Assembly: GCA_963706575.1 (NCBI GenBank)
Contig: CAVPNL010000012.1
Span: 1 to 64,000, forward strand
DNA from: an uncultured delta proteobacterium
GTDB taxonomy: Bacteria; Desulfobacterota; Desulfobacteria; Desulfobacterales; JAHEIW01
Reading direction: 5' to 3'
Length of the DNA: 64,000 bases
The notes beneath the pieces are model-generated. The model worked only from the letters and a program-made list of their open reading frames with translations. It ran no database searches and was not told where the DNA came from. Positions 46,686 through 56,164 of the stretch are shown here, piece after piece. A program made the position numbers and the translations under genes. Each line of letters begins with the position of its first letter. The stretch's first letter is position 1.

Positions 46686-47999
46686 ATGGATCTACACCGC
46701 ATAAGGTACAGAGGAGATAAGGAGGATGTTGAGCTGTTGTTCAAGGAATACAATCTTGAAGGTATTATTTCCGCATCGGAAGATCGGCAGAAGTTGGAAG
46801 AGTCCGATTTTCGTAATAAATTGCTAAAAGACGGCGCCTTTTTACTGAGCAAACCGATTTCGCCCCGTATCTTCAACATCGTTGCGGAAACAAAACAAAA
46901 GCTGGGCCTCGAAGGTGAATATGAGGTTTTTTGTTTGAATTCGAGCAGCATAAACGCCTTTGCCTATGTCCAACCGGCTGAAGAGAAAAATTTTTTTATC
47001 ATCGGCATTACTTCCGCAGCCCTGGAGGAATTGGAAGATCGGGAGATACAGTTTATCCTCGGACACGAACTAGGCCATTTTTTGTTCGAGCACAACCGCA
47101 TGAACTATTTAATCAACCCCAACCCCAACAGCCAGGGCGTTACCCTGCTGCCCAGTATGGGAGAAAGTATTTTTTTAAGATGGCGCAAAAAATGTGAGAT
47201 CAGCACGGATCGCGTCGGGCTTTTGGCCTGCGGTGACTTTGAAAATGCCGCACGGGCCATGTTGAAAACAGCCTACGGCCTTACCGGGAAAAATTTAAAT
47301 TTAGACGTGGATTCACTGCTGCAACAAATCGATGATCTAAAAGAGGAGCCCGAGGCGCTGGAGGTAAACTATCGCTCCCACCCGCTGATGCCGCTGCGGC
47401 TTAAAGTCATGCAAATGTTCGCCGAGTCTTCGATATTTTCTCAGGTGGTAAACGGGAAATCCGATATTTCCGAAAAGGAATTAAACGCCCTCGAAGATCA
47501 AACGGATCAGTGGGTTAACTGGATTAAAAGATACCCGCGCCGCCCATTAGAAGTGGCTGCCATGAAATTAGTGACCGCCGCCGGCATCAAACTCATCATG
47601 ACCGAAACCGTTATCATGGACGAGGAGATTAAAGTCATTATTCAGATATTGCATAAATATTTTACCGACGAACCCGGAGAGGTCATCCACGAGGTCACGC
47701 AAGACACTAAAAATCTTGATAAATTAATCGATACGACTGTAAAAGAAATCTCCGAAAAGGGCGACGATCGACATAAAACCTTTGTTCTTTCACGTCTGGC
47801 CGATATTGCCATCGCCGACGGGAAATTGGCCAAACCGGAAGCGGGAATCATTTTTGATATTGCCAAGACCTTTGGCATCCAGGAAAAAGCGGCTTACGCC
47901 ATCGTGGTCGGGGGCATGAGTTCGGTGGGTTTGAATATCGATTGGAAAATGAATAATCTTGTGCGTGAAATAAAAGCGCAGTTACAGAAAAAATATTAA
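46686..47999 (+). CDS. M48 metallopeptidase with C-terminal TerB-like domain
   Basis: INAFA, HELGH, EISTDR and SHP; C-terminal IAIADGKL...E. Confidence 0.85.
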   Translation: MDLHRIRYRGDKEDVELLFKEYNLEGIISASEDRQKLEESDFRNKLLKDGAFLLSKPISPRIFNIVAETKQKLGLEGEYEVFCLNSSSINAFAYVQPAEEKNFFIIGITSAALEELEDREIQFILGHELGHFLFEHNRMNYLINPNPNSQGVTLLPSMGESIFLRWRKKCEISTDRVGLLACGDFENAARAMLKTAYGLTGKNLNLDVDSLLQQIDDLKEEPEALEVNYRSHPLMPLRLKVMQMFAESSIFSQVVNGKSDISEKELNALEDQTDQWVNWIKRYPRRPLEVAAMKLVTAAGIKLIMTETVIMDEEIKVIIQILHKYFTDEPGEVIHEVTQDTKNLDKLIDTTVKEISEKGDDRHKTFVLSRLADIAIADGKLAKPEAGIIFDIAKTFGIQEKAAYAIVVGGMSSVGLNIDWKMNNLVREIKAQLQKKY

Positions 48000-48038
48000 G
48001 CCGGAACTCTCATCTGCGGATTCGTAATTAGCCACAGA

Positions 48039-48077
48039 CCCGTCTTCGCTCTGGCGAGCTACGCCGCGGCAGGCCCC
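48039..48077. repeat. TTCG..GCTACG REP-like repeat
   Basis: Related copies at about 16376-16412 and 23888-23913. Confidence 0.55.
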
Positions 48078-48153
48078 ACACGGACAGACACAGACAAACT
48101 AACAAATAATATTTATCCGTAGATTACACAGATTATAAAAACAGGTGCTGATT

Positions 48154-48531
48154 TTAGCTGTATTTTTGGATTGCCAGGGCGGGTGCAAATTTGTTTTTCC
48201 GGACGTGAAAGACTTTTATCAGCCGGGTAACAAATTGAATGTTTTCGTGGTGCTCCCCCTGCAGGCGGATTCCATTGCCAACCATCCCTGATCTGTTGAT
48301 CCCTGAATAAATGACCTCTCCTTTGACTTCTATCAAATTGTTATCCAGGTCAACGGACATTAATGATATATATTCCGAAAAAACGAGCCGGGGCGTTTCA
48401 AGAAAGATCCCATTTTGGCTTATATTTAAAGCACGCCCCATGCCCAGGTCTATGATCTCACCATTTGCCTTTATCGCCATATAAGAAATAAGGTTACATG
48501 TTTTAACTCTCGGATAAATCCTGCGTTCCAT
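48154..48531 (-). CDS. PilZ-domain protein
   Basis: ERRIYPR (RxxxR) and NISQNG (D/NxSxxG). Confidence 0.88.
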   Translation of the reverse strand: MERRIYPRVKTCNLISYMAIKANGEIIDLGMGRALNISQNGIFLETPRLVFSEYISLMSVDLDNNLIEVKGEVIYSGINRSGMVGNGIRLQGEHHENIQFVTRLIKVFHVRKNKFAPALAIQKYS

Positions 48532-48578
48532 CTCTGCCTTTCAAAAGTATATGGTATAGGGTTTAGGGTGAAAGGCAT

Positions 48579-48594
48579 AGCATATTCTATGCCA
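48579..48594 (-). promoter_or_regulatory. Sigma-54 promoter of the PilZ gene
   Basis: TGGCAT-AGAAT-ATGCT with correct GG/GC spacing. Confidence 0.55.
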
Positions 48595-48891
48595 TTAAGT
48601 TCGATGATCGAGGGAAATTTAGATTTGATAAATTATCACAAAATATCAGAGGGATATGAAAACACGGCCTGTTATTAGAGCCATTTTTTTAAAAAAAATC
48701 TAACTTTAGGGTCGCAATTGTGAAATTTATGAAATAGTTTATATGGAAAAAAGTTAGCAGATCGTCGCAATGGCGGCGAAGCCGGTGATGGCCAATTTCT
48801 TTTGAGATTGACTTTTGATATGCTGCCCTCAGGGTAAAATTGGAATCCGGTTGTTTAACCCTCGGGTTCTCAAAACAAAGGAAAACCTCGA

Positions 48892-49353
48892 ATGATTGAT
48901 GTTGTCAAACGATTTTTCAACAAAGCAGCCCCCAAAGTTAATGAAGTGGCAAGCCAGAATACGGAACACGATATCCGCGTGGCAACTTGTGCCCTGTTTG
49001 TGGAGATGGCACGGATAGACGAGACGTTTACTGAAACGGAGATGAATGCCATTCTTTCGATTTTAAAAGAAAGATACGGCTTATCCCCGGAACATGCCGA
49101 GGCGCTGATCGCAGAAGCTGAAAAGGAGCTCGAAAAGAGCGTGGATCTATGGCAATTTTCAAGACGCATCAATGAGAATTATTCAAATGAAGAAAAAATT
49201 AAAATCATCGAGACCCTGTGGCGTATTGTTTATGTTGACGGCAAAATGGATCAGTACGAACACTACCTGATGAACAAACTACAAAGTTTGTTACGCCTTA
49301 CTCACGAACAACTGATTACTGCTAAGTTAAAAGTGCTTCATTCGGAAAAATAG
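48892..49353 (+). CDS. terB: TerB-family protein
   Basis: ATCALFVEMARID...E; LWRIVYVDGKMDQYE. Confidence 0.88.
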   Translation: MIDVVKRFFNKAAPKVNEVASQNTEHDIRVATCALFVEMARIDETFTETEMNAILSILKERYGLSPEHAEALIAEAEKELEKSVDLWQFSRRINENYSNEEKIKIIETLWRIVYVDGKMDQYEHYLMNKLQSLLRLTHEQLITAKLKVLHSEK

Positions 49354-49502
49354 GAGACAATTGAGCTATAGGAGGTATCCCCAAAAACATAACTTTCCTA
49401 ACTGTTGGACAACAGGGTCAAGTTCTCAATCTCTGCCGATGCCGGATAATGGAAAGGATCTATTGAATCGGTGGATAACCGGACCGCACGCTTGAAGGGA
49501 TC

Positions 49503-50603
49503 ATGTTCGGAATCATTCTTATTTCTGTTTGCACGCTGATGCACATTTACGTCTTTTGGAGGGCTGCTTCTGTGCCGTTTGTGAATCGGTATGTCCCGCT
49601 CCATCTTCTTATCGTGACGGGTGTCTGCCTCTGGGCAATTTTTTTTATCGGTCGTCTAGTCCATCATGGCGGCACCGGAGCCCTTACCGCAACAACCGAA
49701 TTGTTCGGTATGCTCTGGATGGGCGCGCTGTTTCTGCTCTTTATCTCTCTTTTATCGATGGATGTCATTACCGTGTTTGGCTTTTTTCTGCCCAGGCTCG
49801 CGCCTTCACTTCGAGGCTGGGCCTTGTTCGCCGGTGGAGTGCTTGCGGCAATTGCACTCGCTCAAGGATTGCGGCCTCCAGTGGTGCAAAACTACACGGT
49901 GCACATAGCGGGCCTTTCCGGTGAGATGGACGGCAAGGTACTCGTCGCCATGTCCGACCTGCACCTCGGTTCGCTAATAGGGAAACGGTGGCTGGCGGCG
50001 CGGGTCGCCCAGGTCAAAGAAGAGCGTCCCGACCTGGTGGTCTTACTCGGTGATCTTTTTGAAGGACATGGCCAACCCCAGGAGGAGTTGCTTCCTATTC
50101 TGCGACGCCTCTCCGCACCCCTGGGTGTCTGGGCTGTAACCGGCAACCACGAGTTTCACGGTGCTGACAATAAGGGCATACGCCTGATTGATGCAGCCGG
50201 TTTTAAGCTGCTGCGTAATCGTTGGACCGAAGTTCGACCAGGCTTTGTCCTGGCAGGTGTTGATGATCTGACCTCGAAATACCGTGCCGGCCAGGATGGC
50301 GATTTCATCTCACAGGCAGTCGCGGGTCGCCCTTCTGGAGTGACCGTGCTCCTCTCACACACGCCATGGCAGGTCGAGAGAGCGGCCAACGCCGGCGTAA
50401 ACCTGATGCTATCGGCCCATACCCATGGCGGCCAGATTTGGCCTTTTGGCTATCTCGTCCGCCGTGTTTATCCGCTACTGGGAGGGCGATACGAGGTGGA
50501 CGGTATGCCCGTCATCGTCTGCCGCGGCACAGGCACGTGGGGACCCCGAATGCGTCTTTGGCGTCCCGGCGAAATTCTCCGCGTAACGCTTCGGAAAAAA
50601 TAA
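49503..50603 (+). CDS. Membrane-bound metallophosphoesterase (YkuE/YaeI-like)
   Basis: N-terminal TMs; SDLHLG, GD, GNHE and AHTHGGQ motifs. Confidence 0.92.
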   Translation: MFGIILISVCTLMHIYVFWRAASVPFVNRYVPLHLLIVTGVCLWAIFFIGRLVHHGGTGALTATTELFGMLWMGALFLLFISLLSMDVITVFGFFLPRLAPSLRGWALFAGGVLAAIALAQGLRPPVVQNYTVHIAGLSGEMDGKVLVAMSDLHLGSLIGKRWLAARVAQVKEERPDLVVLLGDLFEGHGQPQEELLPILRRLSAPLGVWAVTGNHEFHGADNKGIRLIDAAGFKLLRNRWTEVRPGFVLAGVDDLTSKYRAGQDGDFISQAVAGRPSGVTVLLSHTPWQVERAANAGVNLMLSAHTHGGQIWPFGYLVRRVYPLLGGRYEVDGMPVIVCRGTGTWGPRMRLWRPGEILRVTLRKK

Positions 50604-50624
50604 TGTGGCAAAAAAGGAAACGCT

Positions 50625-51152
50625 ATGGCTTCGTTGCAGTCTGAAACATGGCCGCAAGATATTTACCAGGTACTGATTGAAAATCGTGTGCGCCAGGTTG
50701 CTTATATACCAGACATTGGGCACACATCTCTCATCAAAATGTGTCACAAGAACGATAAGATGAAGACAGTCGTCTTGACCACCGAGGAGGAAGGCGTGGC
50801 ACTGCTTGCTGGTGCATGGCTCGGTGGCGACCGAGGCGTTCTTCTGATGCAAAGCAGCGGTGTTGGAAACTGCATCAATATGCTGTCTCTAACGCGCGTC
50901 TGCAGAATGCCTTTACTGATTATAGTAACCATGCGAGGCGAATGGGGAGAATTCAATCCCTGGCAGGTGCCAATGGGCCAAAATACAAACCAGATGCTGA
51001 CAGCTGCTGGGGTATTGACTTTTGCGGCAAACCGCAAAGACCGTATTAAGGAAGCTTTAAGGGCTGCTGCCAAAATGGCGTTCGAGGGGCCGGCAGCAAC
51101 AGCCGTTTTAATATCGCAGCGCATTCTGGGCGCAAAGACTTTTGGCAGGTAA
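50625..51152 (+). CDS. comD: Sulfopyruvate/phosphonopyruvate decarboxylase alpha-like subunit
   Basis: YIPD, TTEEEG, MQSSGVGN and EFNPWQ motifs. Confidence 0.8.
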   Translation: MASLQSETWPQDIYQVLIENRVRQVAYIPDIGHTSLIKMCHKNDKMKTVVLTTEEEGVALLAGAWLGGDRGVLLMQSSGVGNCINMLSLTRVCRMPLLIIVTMRGEWGEFNPWQVPMGQNTNQMLTAAGVLTFAANRKDRIKEALRAAAKMAFEGPAATAVLISQRILGAKTFGR

Positions 51153-51155
51153 ATT

Positions 51156-51761
51156 ATGAATTCTAAACGCAGCAAAGGCTACCCTCTTCACCGCCGCGCA
51201 GTTGTCAAGGAACTGCTTGCACAGCGGGGCGATGCACTGGTGGTTGCCGGCCTTGGAGCGGCCGCATGGGATGTGACAGCAGCGGGCGACGTGCCATTAA
51301 ACTTTCCCTTGTGGGGTGCAATGGGAGGGGCTGTACCACTTGGCCTCGGACTCGCCCTGGCCCAACCGTCTCGACGCGTTCTGGTTATCACCGGCGATGG
51401 TGAGATGCTTATGGGGCTTGGTTCACTTGCAACGGTAGCCACTCAATGCCCACCAAATCTCGCAATTGTTGTATTGGACAACGAACGCTATGGGGAGACC
51501 GGCATGCAGCTTACACACACGGCGGGTAGCGCGAATCTTGGGGCGATCGCAGCAGCATGCGGAATCCCTATCTGCAGTACCGTAGTTGACAAGAATAGCT
51601 TTAAATCTGTAATACCGCAGATCCAAAAAGAGGCGGGCCCGCTTTTTTTCAATATCAAAATCCGAGCCGAAGATCTTCCGCTCGTTCTCCCGCCAAAGGA
51701 TGGCGCATATCTTAAGGACCGTTTTCGATTCGCATTACTTGGAGCGGATGCGATTATCTAA
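51156..51761 (+). CDS. comE: ThDP-binding decarboxylase beta-like subunit
   Basis: GAMG; GDGE...DNERYGETG ThDP motif. Confidence 0.8.
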   Translation: MNSKRSKGYPLHRRAVVKELLAQRGDALVVAGLGAAAWDVTAAGDVPLNFPLWGAMGGAVPLGLGLALAQPSRRVLVITGDGEMLMGLGSLATVATQCPPNLAIVVLDNERYGETGMQLTHTAGSANLGAIAAACGIPICSTVVDKNSFKSVIPQIQKEAGPLFFNIKIRAEDLPLVLPPKDGAYLKDRFRFALLGADAII

Positions 51762-51764
51762 TAC

Positions 51765-52703
51765 TTGAATTTTACACGCGCCGGAGGCCAAACATTGAAT
51801 GATCCCGTAAGCTGGCGAAAAAAGGCCTTGGGAGTGTTATTCGTCAATCTGGCAACCCTGTGCTGGGCCACCAATGCAGTTCTGGGTCGCTGGTTACGCG
51901 ATGATATCGGGCCCCTGGCACTGACCACACTGCGCTTTACCGTGGCCACTGCGGTTTTCGGCATTCTTCTCAGGGGCAGACCCGCAAAGGAGCGCCGCTA
52001 CGGAAAAGATAAGTGGTGGATTGTGGGCATGGGCCTGGCCGGCGTCGTCAGTTTCAGTCCACTTTTGTATCTCGGGCTCCGCTATTCCACAGCCGTAAAT
52101 TGTTCTTTGATTCAAGGATTTTCGCCGCTGATTACGGCCTTGATAGCCGGATTGATTATCCGCGAACCGGTCACCAGACGGCAGCTTGCAGGCGCGGTCC
52201 TGGGCCTGGTCGGGGTGGCGGGATTACTGTCGAGCGGTTCGCTCACGTTTATGCTTCGGCTCCAATTTAATCCGGGAGATCTGATTCTGCTGGCTTCGGC
52301 CGTGGTTTGGGCGTTTTATGCTGTTTTCGGCCGCCGGGTGATGCGCAACCGATCTCCGGTTGCAGCGACTGCCCTGTCCAACTTTATAAGTCTGCCCCTG
52401 ATTGCGGCGGCGGCCGCTTTTGAACTTCAATACATCCCCCTCAATCTTCGGGTGGAGACGATCGCCGCTATTGCCCACATTTGCGTGGTTCCAACCATCA
52501 TTGGGTACTGGTCCTGGAACCGTGGGCTCACGACCCTGGGAGCCGGTGGAGCAATGGTCTTCTATAACACCCTGCCCCTTTACGGCGCTGTCCTCGGAGC
52601 GGTCTTGCTAGGCGAGCCTCTGGGAATGATTCATTTTGTTTTTGGAGGACTGATCCTAATGGGGGGACTCTGGGCCACCCTTGGCAAAGAGCGGCGCAGC
52701 TGA
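51765..52703 (+). CDS. EamA/DMT transporter
   Basis: About 10 TM; REP and LGEP motifs. Confidence 0.88.
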   Translation: MNFTRAGGQTLNDPVSWRKKALGVLFVNLATLCWATNAVLGRWLRDDIGPLALTTLRFTVATAVFGILLRGRPAKERRYGKDKWWIVGMGLAGVVSFSPLLYLGLRYSTAVNCSLIQGFSPLITALIAGLIIREPVTRRQLAGAVLGLVGVAGLLSSGSLTFMLRLQFNPGDLILLASAVVWAFYAVFGRRVMRNRSPVAATALSNFISLPLIAAAAAFELQYIPLNLRVETIAAIAHICVVPTIIGYWSWNRGLTTLGAGGAMVFYNTLPLYGAVLGAVLLGEPLGMIHFVFGGLILMGGLWATLGKERRS

Positions 52704-52723
52704 ACATTTAATTTAACACCCTA

Positions 52724-53254
52724 TTAAGATGCTTTCTGAAACCCAGAAAAACTGGCTTCTGATTTTTCAATATCCACTTCTGTGTCGAGGCCCGCACCGA
52801 TGTTGCTCACGAATTGACTTTCCAACTTTGAGCGCTGACCTTTTATGATGGACTCATAAATTCTTTTCATCTGACCGACAGCATCCGCACGCAGGCGAAG
52901 ACTGATGCGAGTCTTTTGAGGTTCGATTTCCTCGAGGTCCAAAATCATATGTAATTTTGTTACCGTTTCGGTAGCGACTTTTCCGAATTTTTTTAGGTTT
53001 TCTCCGGCTTCTGTTTCACCTCTGGCTTCAAGATGCCGGTTGTCTCTTCGCTCGATAATGGACATCGTCGCCTTACTATCAAGGGGTATCAGCCCGAGCT
53101 TTAAACGTAGATCACACACCACCGTATCGTCATCCAGCACTTCATAATCAACCATTGTCGGTACGCATTGAGCTACGGAATGCACATTGTTGAAAAAATT
53201 CCACACAGTTTCAACATCCTTTTCCGCAATTAAAATATTATCCAGACTGATCAT
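52724..53254 (-). CDS. CoxG/SRPBCC (START-like) ligand-binding protein
   Basis: ETVWNFFNNVHSVAQCVP motif. Confidence 0.8.
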   Translation of the reverse strand: MISLDNILIAEKDVETVWNFFNNVHSVAQCVPTMVDYEVLDDDTVVCDLRLKLGLIPLDSKATMSIIERRDNRHLEARGETEAGENLKKFGKVATETVTKLHMILDLEEIEPQKTRISLRLRADAVGQMKRIYESIIKGQRSKLESQFVSNIGAGLDTEVDIEKSEASFSGFQKAS

Positions 53255-53286
53255 AGATGAACTCCTTTATTGCTATTTGAACGTTG

Positions 53287-54867
53287 CTAAGATTCCCACC
53301 ATTTATCCAGGCCGTGATCTTCAGCGATTATTTCCGCTGCGATCAAGGCAGCAGCACCAATAATTCCGCCCCCCGGGTGGCCGCAAGCACCGCAGAGGTA
53401 AAGATTTTCAATGGGTGTCCGGTATTGCGACAACTCGGGCAAAGGTCTAAAGTATTCCAACTGACCCAGCATTGTTCGCCCCATAAAAACACCGCCCTTT
53501 TTCATGTTATACAGTTTTCTTTCGATGTCCAGCGGAGAGAAGGCTATTTTTTTGATAATGTTTTTGTCGTTTAGATTCGGAGCATATTCTCGCCATTTCC
53601 CGATGCAATGGTCCATGTAATCATTTTTGATATTGTCCCAACCCTGTGCCCCCCCTTCTTTAAGATCATAAGGTGCGGGCTGCCATATCAAGGCGGTATG
53701 CTTTCCTTTGGGTGCCTGGCTGGAATCAAATAAAGTGGGAATTGAGCAAAACAGCCCCGGATGCTCAGGAAGTTTTCCCGATCTTATTTCGGCCCAGAGC
53801 AACTGATAATCTTCAGGAGTTTCCAGGCCGATATTGAGCTTGAAAGCCCGATCGATATCCGGGTTAAAATTTGCTGCTGTATGGAAGGGCGGTTCATTCA
53901 ACGCCAGATGAACCCCGAAGATCGAAAATTCATCCAAAATAAAGCTTTGGATTTTTTTTATAAAATTTTCCTCCAGATGCGCTTCATCAATCAACTCTAA
54001 AAAAGTTTGTTTCAAATCGATAGCGCTAGCCACTAGCTTGTTGGCGTGATATTTTTCACCCCCTAAAACTTCAACCCCTTTGGCCTGGCCGTTTTCAATT
54101 ATGATTTTGTTTACATGTGAATACCCAAGGGCCATTCCGCCATTGGCAAAGTATGATCGCCATAGGGCGTGTGCCAGCACATGGGAACCTCCGATACAGA
54201 TTTGAGAATGTTCGACCTGACTGACGATCAAAGGAATTACCGTGCCCAGTCCGTCGTAGTCATGGGCAATACCGCGAGGAATCGGCAGCTGATGGAGAAT
54301 TAAAGCTTTCACATGCTCATTTTCAAAATATTCATCTAGTACGTCTTTGGGGTTCAGCCTGCCCATTCTGACAAAATCCAGCCCTTCCGGACTTGCTTCC
54401 AAAATTCCCAGTTGTTCTGAAGGCAGCTGCGGGCGCGTATATAACGCAGGCACCACAACCGACTCCATAAAATCCCCGTAGTTCTCATTCATCTCCCTGT
54501 AAGCCTGCGCATCGTGCTTTGACACTCTCGCAATCGATTCGCAGGTTTTTTCGAGATCAACATGGACCGTGACGGCCGTTCCATCTGCCAGTGCAATGCC
54601 GGCTTGTACTGGAGGTCGAAAATATCTGGCGTTGTAGTCTCCAAGTTTCAAATCGATAAAAGAAGGCATGATATTTATTGTGTCATGAAAGTAGGAATGC
54701 AAATTATGCAGGAACCCCGGAATGGTAACTTCCTCCGTACTTAACCCCCCGCCAATTTCTACCCGCCTTTCAAGAATCAGGGTCTTTAGCCCTGCTTTTG
54801 CCAGGTAGTTACCTAAGATGAGTCCGTTATGTCCTCCGCCAATGATAATGGCATCGAAGACTTTCAT
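53287..54867 (-). CDS. Phytoene-dehydrogenase-like FAD oxidoreductase B
   Basis: GGGHNGL, GGS..L, APKGKHT and YRTPIENLYLCG...HPGGG motifs. Confidence 0.9.
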   Translation of the reverse strand: MKVFDAIIIGGGHNGLILGNYLAKAGLKTLILERRVEIGGGLSTEEVTIPGFLHNLHSYFHDTINIMPSFIDLKLGDYNARYFRPPVQAGIALADGTAVTVHVDLEKTCESIARVSKHDAQAYREMNENYGDFMESVVVPALYTRPQLPSEQLGILEASPEGLDFVRMGRLNPKDVLDEYFENEHVKALILHQLPIPRGIAHDYDGLGTVIPLIVSQVEHSQICIGGSHVLAHALWRSYFANGGMALGYSHVNKIIIENGQAKGVEVLGGEKYHANKLVASAIDLKQTFLELIDEAHLEENFIKKIQSFILDEFSIFGVHLALNEPPFHTAANFNPDIDRAFKLNIGLETPEDYQLLWAEIRSGKLPEHPGLFCSIPTLFDSSQAPKGKHTALIWQPAPYDLKEGGAQGWDNIKNDYMDHCIGKWREYAPNLNDKNIIKKIAFSPLDIERKLYNMKKGGVFMGRTMLGQLEYFRPLPELSQYRTPIENLYLCGACGHPGGGIIGAAALIAAEIIAEDHGLDKWWES

Positions 54868-54986
54868 TTTCCCGCTCTCCTAATTCATGAAAAACAAGCT
54901 GCAAAGGTTAATTGCCCTGCACAATGCTGATTTTCTTTATTCCAAAATATATACTTAAAAGTTCGCCTGACCGATAATGTCCATTA

Positions 54987-55802
54987 TTACTCGATTTGGA
55001 TAATACTATTATCCGGCAGACCCAGCTTAAGATGTTTCAGGGCCTGTTCCACCTGACGCTTTTGATAAGCTTCCAATGTAATCAGGACGCTTGAGCAGCC
55101 GTTTTTTCCGGCAGGATAGGAGCCAATGGTTACTGTTTTGTGAAACACAGCGACTTCGTTCAAAAATGTTGCGATTTCCGATTCGCACTGGGCCACATAG
55201 ACTTTTTTCAAAAATAGCGTATTATTCCCTAAATATTTGGTGCTGACAAAAAATTTGGCTTTCAACAGTTTCGGTACGCCCGGTAAAATGAATACATTTT
55301 TAAATTTTATCAGAGGGAATTTGAGGCACTTATCCATAATGAGCTCAGCCCCTTCGGGGGTCTGTGCCATTTTAAGGTTTTCAGTGGTCAGATGATCACC
55401 AAAGCGCTCGTGCAACAGGACTTTTAAATATTGATTAACAACCGGTTGCACATTGAAAGCCCCGGATATGGCTTCAATGGTGACATCGTCATGGGTGGGT
55501 CCGATTCCCCCGGAAGTGAAAACATATGTAAATCGATTCGAAAAAAATCTTATCGTCTCTCTAATTGCATCGATTTCATCTGGAATAATGGCCGTACATC
55601 CGACTTTTACGCCATGTGCACTCAGCTCCCTTGCCATGAACATTGAGTTGCTGTCTTTGATCATTCCCGAAAGGATCTCATTGCCGATAATCACGATACC
55701 TGCAGTGAATTCCTGAAAATCAACCTGCTTAAATGGCGCGACATGATGGCGAGCGCTAACGTTATCTTTGGGTACGGGATTTAACACATTCATTTGAATC
55801 AT
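54987..55802 (-). CDS. Stand-alone MocF/CinA-N (COG1058-like) pyrophosphatase
   Basis: IGNEILSG...DSNS; SGGIGPTHDDVT; LPGVP; IGSYP; no PncC domain. Confidence 0.85.
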   Translation of the reverse strand: MIQMNVLNPVPKDNVSARHHVAPFKQVDFQEFTAGIVIIGNEILSGMIKDSNSMFMARELSAHGVKVGCTAIIPDEIDAIRETIRFFSNRFTYVFTSGGIGPTHDDVTIEAISGAFNVQPVVNQYLKVLLHERFGDHLTTENLKMAQTPEGAELIMDKCLKFPLIKFKNVFILPGVPKLLKAKFFVSTKYLGNNTLFLKKVYVAQCESEIATFLNEVAVFHKTVTIGSYPAGKNGCSSVLITLEAYQKRQVEQALKHLKLGLPDNSIIQIE

Positions 55803-55934
55803 CCTTTAATGGTAAGGTTTACAGTCTAATCATCAACGACATATTAAGCATAAAAATTTAAATCGCTCTGGTCTCCTTTACCATAATCCTATAAGAACAA
55901 ACCCTGCGGTATTCGGTAAGGCTGAAACTCAGAA

Positions 55935-56150
55935 TTAAAGTTTACGATCCGGCAGGTAAATAACCTCGCGGATGGGCTTCGAGAGTCCTCCAAATGCCGT
56001 TCCCCTGGGAGGCCCGTGTGCTTTTTTTTCTTCCGGGTCAAAATATGCATCACAGTGAGGACAATGACGCGGTAGATCCTGACCATATAGACCTGCATCA
56101 CAATGGAAGGAATTTTTACATTCGGGGCATTTGATATAATAGATTTTCAT
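55935..56150 (-). CDS. 71-aa zinc-ribbon protein
   Basis: CPEC...CPHC; 14 bp downstream of the UbiD stop. Confidence 0.8.
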   Translation of the reverse strand: MKIYYIKCPECKNSFHCDAGLYGQDLPRHCPHCDAYFDPEEKKAHGPPRGTAFGGLSKPIREVIYLPDRKL

Positions 56151-56164
56151 TGGTTTTATTCCGT

